Origin: a virus
Strand: one strand, 5' to 3'
Virus record (IMG/VR): IMGVR_UViG_3300002835_000134
Coordinates: 8,626-72,625 of that record
DNA: 64,000 nucleotides
Below, one piece after another: positions 1 through 9,693 of this stretch. Position 1 is the first letter of the stretch. Each line of letters opens with the position of its first letter. The notes beneath the pieces are model-generated. The model searched no databases. It was not told where the DNA came from and was given only the letters and a program-made list of their open reading frames with translations. The position numbers and the translations under genes were made by a program.

Positions 1-1
1 T

Positions 2-1543
2 CCTGCCGTTCCAGAAAAACTAGAAAAATCAGATACTGTTATTGTGGTAGAAGATTCAAAACAGGGCTGGGCAAAAGCATACAGAGAACTTTTAGCACTG
101 CTTTGGACTGGACATATTCCAGCAATTGATGTTTCAAAGGTCCGTCCAGCAGGAGCAAGACTTAAAACTATGGGCGGAAGATCATCTGGCCCACAGCCAT
201 TGGTAAACCTTTTTGACTTTACGATTGCAAAGTTTAAGAATGCAACAGGAAGAAATTTAAAGCCAATTGAATGTCATGACATTATGTGTAAGATTGGTGA
301 AGTTGTTGTTGTAGGTGGAGTTCGTCGCTCTGCAATGATTTCTCTTTCTAATATTAACGATATTGAGATGGCTCAAGCAAAGTCAGGAAATTGGTGGGAG
401 CAAAGCCCACAACGTGCATTATCAAACAACTCTGTTGCATATTCACGCAAGCCAGAGATGGAGCAATTTATTGCAGAATGGAAATCTCTTTATGACTCAA
501 AGTCGGGAGAACGAGGTATATACAACGTGGCCGCAGCTCAAGCCCAAGCAGCCAAATTTGGAAGAAGAGATCCAGATATACACTACGGAACTAACCCATG
601 CTCAGAAATTATTTTACGTCCTTACCAGTTTTGTAACCTTTCAGAAGTCGTATTACGTGAAAATGATACAAAGAAAGATATTCAGCGCAAAGTTGAGCTT
701 GCAACAATTCTTGGAACGTGGCAATCAACACTGACAGACTTTAAGTATCTTCGCAAGATTTGGAAAGACAATACTGAAGAAGAAAGACTTCTTGGAGTTT
801 CTCTTACTGGACAGTTCGGTCATAAGTTCATGTCTGGCAAAGAAGATTTAATTGCTCTTGAAGCATTTCTTATGACTTTACGTGAGAAGGCAAGAGAAGT
901 AAATAGAGAAGAGTCTGGCAAGATTGGAATTCCTGAATCTGCAGCAATTACTTGCGTTAAGCCTTCAGGAACAGTGTCTCAATTGGTCGGTGTATCTTCA
1001 GGAATGCATCCATGGCATTCACCACATTATATTCGCACAGTTCGTGGCTCAAAGGGAGATCCCATTTCTACATTTTTGAAGGAAGTTGGAATCCCTGTAG
1101 AAGATGACGTAATGAAGCCAAACGATACATACGTGTTTTCGTTTCCAGTAAAAGCACCAGAAGGTGCAATTGTTAGAAATGATTTAACTGCAATTGATCA
1201 CTTAAACATTTGGCTTGTTTATCAGCGAGCTTGGTGTGAGCATAAGCCTTCTATTACTGTTTCCGTAAAAGAAGATGAATGGATGGAAGTTGGAGCCTGG
1301 GTTTATAAAAACTTTGACGAAGTTTCTGGAATCTCTTTCCTTCCTCATTCAGAGCACACTTACAAGCAAGCTCCATACCAAGAAGTTGAAAAAGCAGAAT
1401 ACGATGCTCTTGTTGCAAAAATGCCAACTAGCATTAGATGGGAAGACCTATCATTTTATGAGACAGAAGATGGCACATCTACAAATGCCACGCTTGCTTG
1501 CAGTTCAGACGGAAACTGTGAACTTGTGGATATCTCGGCATAG
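2..1543 (+). CDS. nrdJ: Class II (adenosylcobalamin-dependent) ribonucleotide reductase, 5'-truncated by window edge
   Basis: Frame open from base 2; VVGGVRRSAMI, catalytic GTNPCSEI...FCNLSE, TCVKPSGT and C-terminal ACSSDGNC redox pair typical of monomeric RTPR/NrdJ. Confidence 0.93.
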   Translation, partial: PAVPEKLEKSDTVIVVEDSKQGWAKAYRELLALLWTGHIPAIDVSKVRPAGARLKTMGGRSSGPQPLVNLFDFTIAKFKNATGRNLKPIECHDIMCKIGEVVVVGGVRRSAMISLSNINDIEMAQAKSGNWWEQSPQRALSNNSVAYSRKPEMEQFIAEWKSLYDSKSGERGIYNVAAAQAQAAKFGRRDPDIHYGTNPCSEIILRPYQFCNLSEVVLRENDTKKDIQRKVELATILGTWQSTLTDFKYLRKIWKDNTEEERLLGVSLTGQFGHKFMSGKEDLIALEAFLMTLREKAREVNREESGKIGIPESAAITCVKPSGTVSQLVGVSSGMHPWHSPHYIRTVRGSKGDPISTFLKEVGIPVEDDVMKPNDTYVFSFPVKAPEGAIVRNDLTAIDHLNIWLVYQRAWCEHKPSITVSVKEDEWMEVGAWVYKNFDEVSGISFLPHSEHTYKQAPYQEVEKAEYDALVAKMPTSIRWEDLSFYETEDGTSTNATLACSSDGNCELVDISA

Positions 1544-1609
1544 TGGTAGAATTATAGTATTGGGTAAAACCAAAATTCATGGGCACCCCGCCCACGAGGA
1601 GATGATAAT

Positions 1610-1849
1610 ATGGCTAAATTTGCAAAAGCAGATTTAAACAAAGATGGAAAGGTAACAATGCAAGAACAGATTCTAGCAGCGTTAGCAAGCTACGGAAGAG
1701 CATTTCTTTCAGCAGCGCTAGCCTTATACATGACAGGCAATACAAATCCTAGAGATTTACTACTTGGCGGCATCGCAGCTGTTGCACCAGTAATCCTGAA
1801 GGCACTTAACCCAAATGACAAGAATTTTGGGTTCGTTAATAAAGCTTAA
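1610..1849 (+). CDS. Small membrane protein, holin-like, with N-terminal EF-hand loop
   Basis: 79 aa, two hydrophobic segments, GAGGAG RBS; DLNKDGKVTMQE fits the 12-residue EF-hand loop. Confidence 0.55.
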   Translation: MAKFAKADLNKDGKVTMQEQILAALASYGRAFLSAALALYMTGNTNPRDLLLGGIAAVAPVILKALNPNDKNFGFVNKA

Positions 1850-1864
1850 TAAATAGTCGATTAA

Positions 1865-1900
1865 GAATACTCCTGTGCTAAAATTAGTACAGGAGTATTC
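1865..1900. promoter_or_regulatory. 16-bp inverted repeat with an extended -10 (TGcTAAAAT) at its apex
   Basis: GAATACTCCTGTGCTA-AAAT-TAGTACAGGAGTATTC, one G-T mismatch, no U-tract. Confidence 0.5.
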
Positions 1901-1921
1901 CTATTTAGGAGACTATGGCAA

Positions 1922-2269
1922 ATGGCAGGACAAAAGAACTTTGAAGTAGATCAAAATGCAACATTTAGCTTTATACTAGAATATAAAGACGATAATGGAA
2001 ATGCAATTGATCTTACAGGCGCATCCGCAAAGATGCAGGTTCGTGATACAAAGGGTGGAGCAAAATTAGCTGTTACCTTAACATCACCTTCTGGTGGAAT
2101 AGTAATTGACCAATTAAACGGAAAGTTAACTATCAAAATGACACCTACACAAACAAACAAACTCTTTTATCCTAAATCATCTTATGATTTAATGGTTGTC
2201 GATTCTAATGGGAACAAAATAAAACTCCTTGAGGGCTTTATGACGCTCAATAGATCGGTAACCATATAA
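1922..2269 (+). CDS. Virion structural protein (BppU/Ig-like baseplate-type domain)
   Basis: DQNATF..IDLTGASAKMQVR..YDL...KLLEG pattern common in phage structural proteins. Confidence 0.6.
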   Translation: MAGQKNFEVDQNATFSFILEYKDDNGNAIDLTGASAKMQVRDTKGGAKLAVTLTSPSGGIVIDQLNGKLTIKMTPTQTNKLFYPKSSYDLMVVDSNGNKIKLLEGFMTLNRSVTI

Positions 2270-2709
2270 TGACAGAATCAATAGTCGTAACCGAAGTAAT
2301 CAATGATGTAATAATCTCATCCCCAGGACCTCAAGGCCCTAGGGGTAAAACCATTTTAAGTGGCACGGGTGCACCATCAAATAACCTAGGGCTAGAAGGA
2401 GACTTCTACTATGATTCAGTTTTATCTAAATTTTATGGACCAAAGCTATCAGACCTAACTTGGCAAAATGCCAAGGTCATAACTCTTACAGCAAACACTC
2501 TATCGTACTCATGGGAATTGGCACAGCTAACTGGTCCAGTTGCTGGAATATATTCTTTATCAATAGAGCATAACTTGGGTTATCACCCAAACGTAACAAT
2601 CAAATCAAGCGCAGGGGATATACTTGAAACAGGTATAGACTATAACAATATAAACAAAATTACACTGACTATGGCACAGCCATTTTCAGGGACAGCATAT
2701 CTGTCATAA
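2269..2709 (+). CDS. Putative fibre-associated structural protein
   Basis: Short GPQGPRG collagen-like stretch, G.G.P....G..GDFY and HNLG.HP motifs seen in fibre proteins. Confidence 0.55.
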   Translation: MTESIVVTEVINDVIISSPGPQGPRGKTILSGTGAPSNNLGLEGDFYYDSVLSKFYGPKLSDLTWQNAKVITLTANTLSYSWELAQLTGPVAGIYSLSIEHNLGYHPNVTIKSSAGDILETGIDYNNINKITLTMAQPFSGTAYLS

Positions 2710-2721
2710 GGGGGAAAGACA

Positions 2722-3693
2722 ATGTCAAAAAAGTTTTTAGTTAGTATTGACCTCAATAAAAATGAGTTACTCAATGCTAGAATTCAAAATTTAGGATCAG
2801 CACCAAGCAGCCCAGTATCAGGTCAGGTTTACTACAATACTGGCGATAATATCATGTACTTCTGGAATGGAACAGAGTGGATTTCTACTTCTGGCTCATT
2901 AGAAGTTATTCAAGATGCAATTGGAGCATACGTAGAGGGCGGAGTAGGTCTTACAAGATCTTACAACGACACCACTGGTGTAACAACAATAGATTTAGAT
3001 AACACAGCAGTCACAGCTGGAACATATGGTTCAATTACCAAGGTTCCAACATTTACCGTTGATCAGCAAGGACGACTAACTGGAGCTAGCGAAGCTAATC
3101 TAGTTATTCCTCTAGATACACAAACAACAGGGGACTATGTAGCAACAATTGTTGGAACAGCCAACGAAGTTACAGTATCTCCAAATAGTGGTCATAATGC
3201 TGCAGTAACTATAGGTCTTCCAGATAACGTAGAGATTACTGGTAACTTACAAGTTGGCGGAAACTTAAATGTTATTGGAACAGTTAACTCTGTAAATACT
3301 ACACAGATTAACATTGAAGATAACAAGGTAAAGCTTAATAGCAATTTCACAGGAACTCCAACAACAGATGCAGGAATTGTTGTAGAGCGTGGAACACAGA
3401 CAGATGTTGAAATTCTATGGAATGAAACTTCAGATAAGTGGACATTAACAAATAATGGCACAAACTATCACGCAATTGCAAGAAAGTATGCAGAAGTTCT
3501 TTCAGCTGCATCCACAACCCACCCAGTACTTCACAGGTTGGGCACAACAGAAGTAACAGTTCAGATATTTGAAGCATCATCTCCATTTGCACAAATTGAA
3601 GCAGATGTAAAAATAACAGACGAAAATTCTGTAACTATTGATTTTGCCGTTGCTCCTACAGCAGGGCAATACAAGGTAGTAGTAGTAGGATAA
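2722..3693 (+). CDS. Putative fibre/structural protein
   Basis: P.SP..GQVYYNT, VTAGTYG...TVDQQGR and ITGNLQVGGNLNVIG repeats typical of phage fibres. Confidence 0.65.
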   Translation: MSKKFLVSIDLNKNELLNARIQNLGSAPSSPVSGQVYYNTGDNIMYFWNGTEWISTSGSLEVIQDAIGAYVEGGVGLTRSYNDTTGVTTIDLDNTAVTAGTYGSITKVPTFTVDQQGRLTGASEANLVIPLDTQTTGDYVATIVGTANEVTVSPNSGHNAAVTIGLPDNVEITGNLQVGGNLNVIGTVNSVNTTQINIEDNKVKLNSNFTGTPTTDAGIVVERGTQTDVEILWNETSDKWTLTNNGTNYHAIARKYAEVLSAASTTHPVLHRLGTTEVTVQIFEASSPFAQIEADVKITDENSVTIDFAVAPTAGQYKVVVVG

Positions 3694-3696
3694 TAA

Positions 3697-4158
3697 ATGT
3701 CACGTCAAATGAAGGTTGCATTAAACCTGTTAACAATACAGGATGATCCAGCCAATGCTCGTGAGGGTGACGTTTACTATAATGTCATTACAAAAAACTT
3801 ACGTATATTTAATGGTACAGTCTGGATAGAGCTTACACCCCCAAGCGATGACCCAACTCCATTTTATGAGCATACACATACATATGACGGAAAACTACAT
3901 ACAGTAGATGTTAGAAACCCAATAAGGTTTCAAGATTTTAATGAAAATGCAGGGCCTGCAGAATCTTTACCAATAGTTGCAGGTATAATAGGAGGAGGGC
4001 CAGAGGACGATTTGATAAATCCAAATTATACTCAATTAACTTTGTTTAGTGGTGGCGCTCCAGATTCAATACCAGAACCAGAAGAAGACTACACACTGTT
4101 AGAAGGAGGAGCTTCACAAGAACAAGACTCAACAGTTATTGATTTTGGAGGAGCATAA
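3697..4158 (+). CDS. Putative fibre-associated protein
   Basis: EGDVYYN....LRIFNGTVW motif shared with the preceding gene; acidic C-terminus ending DFGGA. Confidence 0.5.
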   Translation: MSRQMKVALNLLTIQDDPANAREGDVYYNVITKNLRIFNGTVWIELTPPSDDPTPFYEHTHTYDGKLHTVDVRNPIRFQDFNENAGPAESLPIVAGIIGGGPEDDLINPNYTQLTLFSGGAPDSIPEPEEDYTLLEGGASQEQDSTVIDFGGA

Positions 4159-4161
4159 ATA

Positions 4162-5991
4162 ATGTCAACAAAAATTCTATTTAGAAGAGATACATCTATA
4201 AACTGGACAACAGTAAACCCAGTTTTACTTTCAGGTGAAATCGGTATTGAAACCGATACATATAAATTTAAAATAGGTAATGGTTCTAGATGGAACCAGC
4301 AATCATTTTATGCATTTAAAGTAGGCGCAGCTAATGGTGTTGCAACGCTTGGCGCAACTGGAAAAGTTCCAATTTCTCAATTGCCAGATTATGAGTCAGT
4401 TAATACTGAAGTACAGGCAGTAGTTGATGCAAAGTTTAGCACTCAATCAACAAGCAATTTATCAGAAGGATCTAACTTATACTTTACAAATGCAAGAGCG
4501 CTTGCTGCTAATGCATCAGCAATTTCTAATGCTGCCACCGCTGAATCGGTAGCAAGAAGCTCAGCAATTGCAGCAGCCAAAGCAGAAGCAATTGCAGCAG
4601 CAGAAACTTCATCGACATCAGCAATTGCAGCAGCTAGAGCAGGAATTTTAACAGAAGCTTATTCAGATGCTACAAACATAGCAGGATCACTTGTTACACA
4701 GGAAGCAGCAGCAAGATCTTTAGAAATAACTGCAGCAATAGACGAAGAGGTGTCAGATAGAAATAGTGCAATAAATACTGCAATTTCTAATGAAATTATT
4801 AACAGAAATATTGCAATAAATTCTACGACTACAACTCAAATTGCAGAAGGAACTAATTTATACTTTACAGACGCCAGAGCAAAAGCAGCTGTTGCATCAG
4901 ATATTGCTACAGCCACAGCAAGCGTTTCCCTGACAGGGAAAACAACAAATCACCTTGCAGAAGGCACATTAAATAAATACTTTACAGATGCCAGAGCTTT
5001 ATCTGCAACAAACTCAAAGTTTACACAAGCAACAATTTACACAAATACGGTAGCAGAAGAATTAAGAGCAGAAATTGCAGCAGCCTATGTAACAAATCCA
5101 TCGTTATCTAACCAGCTAGGAGCATATGTTTCTGAAGGAGATAAAGATCAGCCAGGAGGATACGCTGGCTTAAACAATTCTTCTCAAATTTTAGAGTCAG
5201 TTATTCCATCAACAATTGCAAGAACGACAGACATTACAACAGCAATTGCAAATGTTGTTAATTTAGCCCCAGACTCACTAAATACTTTAGGTGAGCTTGC
5301 AACTGCTTTTCAGGCAGATCAAAGCGGTCTTGCAGCATTAGTAACTACAGTAGGAACAAAATTAGACTCATCCGTAGCTGCTACAACATATGCACCAAAA
5401 GCAAATCCAACCTTTACAGGAACAGTCGCTGGAATTACAAAGACTCACGTAGGCCTAGGAGATGTTGATAACACATCAGATATAAATAAGCCAATTTCAA
5501 CGGCAGTAAATACCGCTCTAGATCTCAAGGCTCCATTAAATAGCCCTGTATTTACTGGGGCTATAGATTTTACTGGAGTGGATGTAACTGGATTAACAGC
5601 AATTGCAGGACTTCCAGATCAGACATCACATTCTAATAAATTTTTAATGACTAATGGCTCTAGCCCTAGCTGGGAAACTTTAGACGTTTCTGCTTTAGCA
5701 CCACTAGCAAACCCAACATTCACAGGAACAGTTTCATTTACAAATGCCACTGTTAACTTTAGTGATTCTTCAATACCAAGCGCAGCATTAGAAGGCGTAA
5801 TCCCAAATACTAAATTAGAAAAATCTTCTATCGGTATTAACGGAAACGTGGTTTATCTAGGAGACGTAGTAACACTTGGAGGATATTCAAATGCCGCCAG
5901 CCCTAATGCACAAAACAAAATATTGTATGGAACTTCTGTTGATGCGCCAGCTGGCACATACGTAGCAGGAGACATTTACATTCAATACTAA
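4162..5991 (+). CDS. Fibre protein with Mtd_N/hyaluronidase-like N-terminal domain
   Basis: RRDT..NW...NPVL..GEIG.ETDT.KFKIGNG; EG.NLYFT.ARA repeats; P..LNTL.ELA motif. Confidence 0.75.
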   Translation: MSTKILFRRDTSINWTTVNPVLLSGEIGIETDTYKFKIGNGSRWNQQSFYAFKVGAANGVATLGATGKVPISQLPDYESVNTEVQAVVDAKFSTQSTSNLSEGSNLYFTNARALAANASAISNAATAESVARSSAIAAAKAEAIAAAETSSTSAIAAARAGILTEAYSDATNIAGSLVTQEAAARSLEITAAIDEEVSDRNSAINTAISNEIINRNIAINSTTTTQIAEGTNLYFTDARAKAAVASDIATATASVSLTGKTTNHLAEGTLNKYFTDARALSATNSKFTQATIYTNTVAEELRAEIAAAYVTNPSLSNQLGAYVSEGDKDQPGGYAGLNNSSQILESVIPSTIARTTDITTAIANVVNLAPDSLNTLGELATAFQADQSGLAALVTTVGTKLDSSVAATTYAPKANPTFTGTVAGITKTHVGLGDVDNTSDINKPISTAVNTALDLKAPLNSPVFTGAIDFTGVDVTGLTAIAGLPDQTSHSNKFLMTNGSSPSWETLDVSALAPLANPTFTGTVSFTNATVNFSDSSIPSAALEGVIPNTKLEKSSIGINGNVVYLGDVVTLGGYSNAASPNAQNKILYGTSVDAPAGTYVAGDIYIQY

Positions 5992-6005
5992 GAACGGAGA
6001 AATAA

Positions 6006-9000
6006 TTGCCATTTAAAATTTTTGACGGGTCCTCTTGGTTGCCGTCCAAAAAAATTAAAGTCGTAACGGGTGCAGGCCCACAAGACTATAAGAAGGCATT
6101 TATTTTTAACGGAACATCATGGGTAGAAATATTAGAAAAGCCAAAAAAGCTAACAGATCCAACTTTATCATATTCAAGAACAGATGAGTTTAAAGGAGTT
6201 GGACAAACAGTAACCTCTACAAATGGAACTTGGGAAGGTAGTCCAACATCTTACAAGTACCAGTGGGAAAAGGGAATATATGCTGGGGCAGAGATCAACT
6301 GGTCAGAAATTACTGGGGCAACACAAAATAGTTTCCTATTAACTGGAGATCTAGTTGGATATAAAATTAGATGCGCTATTATTGCTACAAATAATGCAGG
6401 TGACAGCGAAAAAGCTTATGGGACATCTGCATTCATCATGTTGCCTGAATTCATTCAAACAATAACTGCATTTGTGCAGCAAGATAGTGTCGGATATATA
6501 AACGGAAAAATTAGAGTATTTTGGGATATATCTGAAGGCGCAGACGGATATGAAATAATTTATCAAGGTCCAGGAATTCCAAATACTGTAGTAAGAATTA
6601 CAGGACAAGGAAACAACCTTTGGGACTTTGATTTCGGAGCTAATAATTTAGACGATCTTATTGGATTAACGACTGTTGGGATATCTATAGCTCCATATAA
6701 CAACACATCTTCTGCCGCTGCGGCATACAGAGCGGCAATTGGAAGCAATGAAACTGAAACCTTAAAGCTTTACCAAAACGCAAGCATTAATAATTTAAAT
6801 CCCTTATTGCCATCATTAACTGCAACTGTTTATCAAAATCCTGGAGGAGTAGATGATCAGGCTGGAATTATTGATTGGTCTTTGATTAATATAACACAGA
6901 CGAGATATGAAATTTACTCAGAGTGGCCAGACGGAAGTCCGTTTGGTCCATTTGCTATGGCAACTAGAGATGCCACATCAAGCTTTATAACAAATTATAC
7001 ACCAGGCTCAACGTCTGGACCATGGAAAGTTCGTGTATATGGAACATCACGAGGATATCGTGGAACACCTACAGTTGTAGACTTCTTTAATCCAACACAA
7101 GAATATTATTGGGAATCAGATTCAGGCTCATTCGTATCTTCTTCTGTAAAACCAGTTTCTAGCACTCCACCAACACTAACCCCTACTGGGGATGTAGGTT
7201 CTGGAATAACTATAACTGCAAATCAAGGAGAATGGACAAACACTCCAACCTCTTACAATATAAATATTATGAAGCTTAGCCCACTAACAATTGTAGCAAG
7301 CGGTACAACAAGTGCTACTTATACAACAACCCAGCAAGACCTTACAGACCAGGCAGAGTTTAAGGCATATGCTACTGCAACAAATAGTGCTGGTACAAGC
7401 TTAACAGCAGAGTCTACAACTACAACAAGATGCTTTACCGCAAGCACAATTCCAAGTGGAGGAGTAGCTAATATATTTGGTAGCGGACAAGTAGGCACTA
7501 CAATTTCAATGAGCACTACTGGATGGTCTACTGGTAGCGGTCTACCACTTGGTTACAATACAACTTTACAAAAAATGGACGGCCAGGCAAATTATGTTGA
7601 TATGGGAGTTACTTCTTATGTAGTAACAGCAGCAGATTTATCCAACTACATATCTAAAGGAGGAGGATCTTTTCCTCAAATGTTTAGAGCTAAAGCAAGT
7701 GCATATAACTCTGCAGGAACATCAGATCCAGTTTATTCTAGCTCCATTACTGCAAGTGCTTCAACCTTTATTGTTCCTAATTTTGTTGGAGGTTCAGTTC
7801 CTTCAAGCACCAGCCAATATACAATTTCTAATGGCGGACAAGGAAACTTTACATCTAACCTTTCTTCAGTTGGATTAGTATCATCACAGTCCCCAGCTGC
7901 TGGTACAACAGCAAATGTTGGATCAACAATTACTGTGTATACATACGCATACCAGGCAGCTGGAGTTGCTCCATCAGGAGGACAGGCATCGATATCTGGA
8001 ACTGGAGTTGTTGGAACAACTATAACAGCTGGAATTTTAACAGCAGCTACAGGAACTCCAACACCAACTTCATCAATTCAACTTCAAGCAAGTGATTCAA
8101 ACTTAAACTTTGTAGACACAGGAAGCACAAGTGTAACAGTAACACAGGCAGACGTAGAAGTATATATTAGCAAGGGTGGAGTATCAGCTCCAAGACAATG
8201 GAGAGCAAAGCTTGTTTCGACAAATGCTAGTGGTACAGAAACAGTCTACACTGGTTCTATTTCTGCTTCTGCTGCAGTTATATCACCTACTTTCCCAACC
8301 TTCCCAACCTTCCCAACTTTCCCAACCTTCCCAACATTTAAGGCGCCATCTTTCCCAACGTTCCCAACTTTCCCAACCTTCCCAACTTTCCCAACGTTCC
8401 CAACTTTCCCAACGTTCCCAACGTTCCCAACATTTAAGGCGCCATCTTTCCCAACGTTCCCAACATTCCCAACGTTCCCAACGTTCCCAACGTTCCCAAC
8501 GTTCCCTTACTTCCCTGCATTTAAGGCGCCATCTTTCCCTACTTTCCCTACCTTCCCTACCTTCCCAACGTTCCCAACATTCCCAACCTTCCCAACCTTC
8601 CCTGAATTTAAAGCAAGTAAATCTTGTTTAGAAGCAAATACCAGGTTGCTAACATTAAATAATGGTTATGTTGCAGCAAAAGATATATCAATTGGAGATA
8701 AACTAGTTTCTATTTCAGCAGCAGACTTCGGCAATCAATCAATGAAGTTCTTTAATGTCAATAAAGATGTAAATCTTGTAGGCGTTGAAGTTATTAAATC
8801 TGAAATGTCAACAAAGGATGTTCTTTCATTCAACGGAACAGAAAAGTATTTCTCTTACGGACAGCCAATATTTATTAAGCAAGACGGACTTGCAACATGG
8901 GTAGAAGCGGGATCGGTAAAAATTGGAGATACTCTATTAACAATAGACGGCTCTACAATAAATGAAGTTTTGGTTAACTCCATAGAGACAGATACTGATA

Positions 9001-9071
9001 AAGAAGTATACGATATCAGGACACTAGAAAACCAGTGGTTTATTGCAGAAGGATTTATTGTAATTAGTTAA
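6006..9071 (+). CDS. Large virion/adhesin protein: Ig-like repeats, PASTA-like domain, (PxF)34 repeat, C-terminal Hint domain
   Basis: TTG start after GGAG; GTWEGSPTSYKYQW-type Ig repeats; VPNFVG...VSSQSPAAGT; CLEANT...VYDI...FIAEGFIVIS. Confidence 0.75.
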   Translation: MPFKIFDGSSWLPSKKIKVVTGAGPQDYKKAFIFNGTSWVEILEKPKKLTDPTLSYSRTDEFKGVGQTVTSTNGTWEGSPTSYKYQWEKGIYAGAEINWSEITGATQNSFLLTGDLVGYKIRCAIIATNNAGDSEKAYGTSAFIMLPEFIQTITAFVQQDSVGYINGKIRVFWDISEGADGYEIIYQGPGIPNTVVRITGQGNNLWDFDFGANNLDDLIGLTTVGISIAPYNNTSSAAAAYRAAIGSNETETLKLYQNASINNLNPLLPSLTATVYQNPGGVDDQAGIIDWSLINITQTRYEIYSEWPDGSPFGPFAMATRDATSSFITNYTPGSTSGPWKVRVYGTSRGYRGTPTVVDFFNPTQEYYWESDSGSFVSSSVKPVSSTPPTLTPTGDVGSGITITANQGEWTNTPTSYNINIMKLSPLTIVASGTTSATYTTTQQDLTDQAEFKAYATATNSAGTSLTAESTTTTRCFTASTIPSGGVANIFGSGQVGTTISMSTTGWSTGSGLPLGYNTTLQKMDGQANYVDMGVTSYVVTAADLSNYISKGGGSFPQMFRAKASAYNSAGTSDPVYSSSITASASTFIVPNFVGGSVPSSTSQYTISNGGQGNFTSNLSSVGLVSSQSPAAGTTANVGSTITVYTYAYQAAGVAPSGGQASISGTGVVGTTITAGILTAATGTPTPTSSIQLQASDSNLNFVDTGSTSVTVTQADVEVYISKGGVSAPRQWRAKLVSTNASGTETVYTGSISASAAVISPTFPTFPTFPTFPTFPTFKAPSFPTFPTFPTFPTFPTFPTFPTFPTFPTFKAPSFPTFPTFPTFPTFPTFPTFPYFPAFKAPSFPTFPTFPTFPTFPTFPTFPTFPEFKASKSCLEANTRLLTLNNGYVAAKDISIGDKLVSISAADFGNQSMKFFNVNKDVNLVGVEVIKSEMSTKDVLSFNGTEKYFSYGQPIFIKQDGLATWVEAGSVKIGDTLLTIDGSTINEVLVNSIETDTDKEVYDIRTLENQWFIAEGFIVIS
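8286..8612 (+). repeat. 9-nt coding tandem repeat (CCN-ACN-TTY; Pro-Thr-Phe), 34 PxF triplets in blocks of 6/10/9/9, each followed by Lys-Ala
   Basis: Read directly from sequence and translation. Confidence 0.95.
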
Positions 9072-9117
9072 TAAATAATGCTGTATAATATACACATAGG
9101 CAGTAAAAGGAGGAAAA

Positions 9118-9666
9118 ATGGCTACCAGCTTTCCAACAAGTAAAGATAACCTCTCTAATCCATCTGCAAATGATGAGCTTACGGGACATGCGGCACAACA
9201 TACAAATGCCAATGATGCAATTGAGGCACTAGAAACAGTAGTAGGTGTAACTGGATCAACAGATTCAAACTCTATCACATATAAGGTTAACCTTATAAAT
9301 GACACACTGGTTTCAATGACAAATGCAACAGATGCAATTTCAACCCTTTTTGGCCTTGAAGGCAACAACGACCTAACAGTCAATGGAATTGAGAATAAGA
9401 CAACTATAGATAGCTTCCAGGCGTCAGACTATAGAACAGCTACCTATTCTCTTCAGATAAGTCGTGGAACAGAGTATTATTTCTCTAATATCAGCGTTCT
9501 ACACGACTCCACAAACATATACGTTTCAGAATCAGACATAGTCTCAAATACGAACAACAATCTTGCCAACGTATTGTTTGAACAATCCAATGGTATAATT
9601 AATCTAACGGTCACACCAGTTTCAACGGCTGTAACGGCTAGATATTTTAGAACGGCATTAAAGTAA
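9118..9666 (+). CDS. Putative virion structural protein
   Basis: MATSFPTSKD.L.NP...HA.QH.N.NDAIEALE N-terminus; C-terminal YRTA.Y..QI domain shared with the next gene. Confidence 0.6.
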   Translation: MATSFPTSKDNLSNPSANDELTGHAAQHTNANDAIEALETVVGVTGSTDSNSITYKVNLINDTLVSMTNATDAISTLFGLEGNNDLTVNGIENKTTIDSFQASDYRTATYSLQISRGTEYYFSNISVLHDSTNIYVSESDIVSNTNNNLANVLFEQSNGIINLTVTPVSTAVTARYFRTALK

Positions 9667-9693
9667 ATAAAGCAGTAAGAGGAGTCATAAAAT

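Noticed and set aside
8176-8631. Alternate-frame SQP/SQR repeat ORF
   Set aside because: By-product of the PTF repeat; third-position variation is synonymous in the PTF frame
8625-9071. Splicing intein or mobile element
   Set aside because: No terminal Asn/Gln, no C-extein and no homing endonuclease; the same holds for 14876..15328
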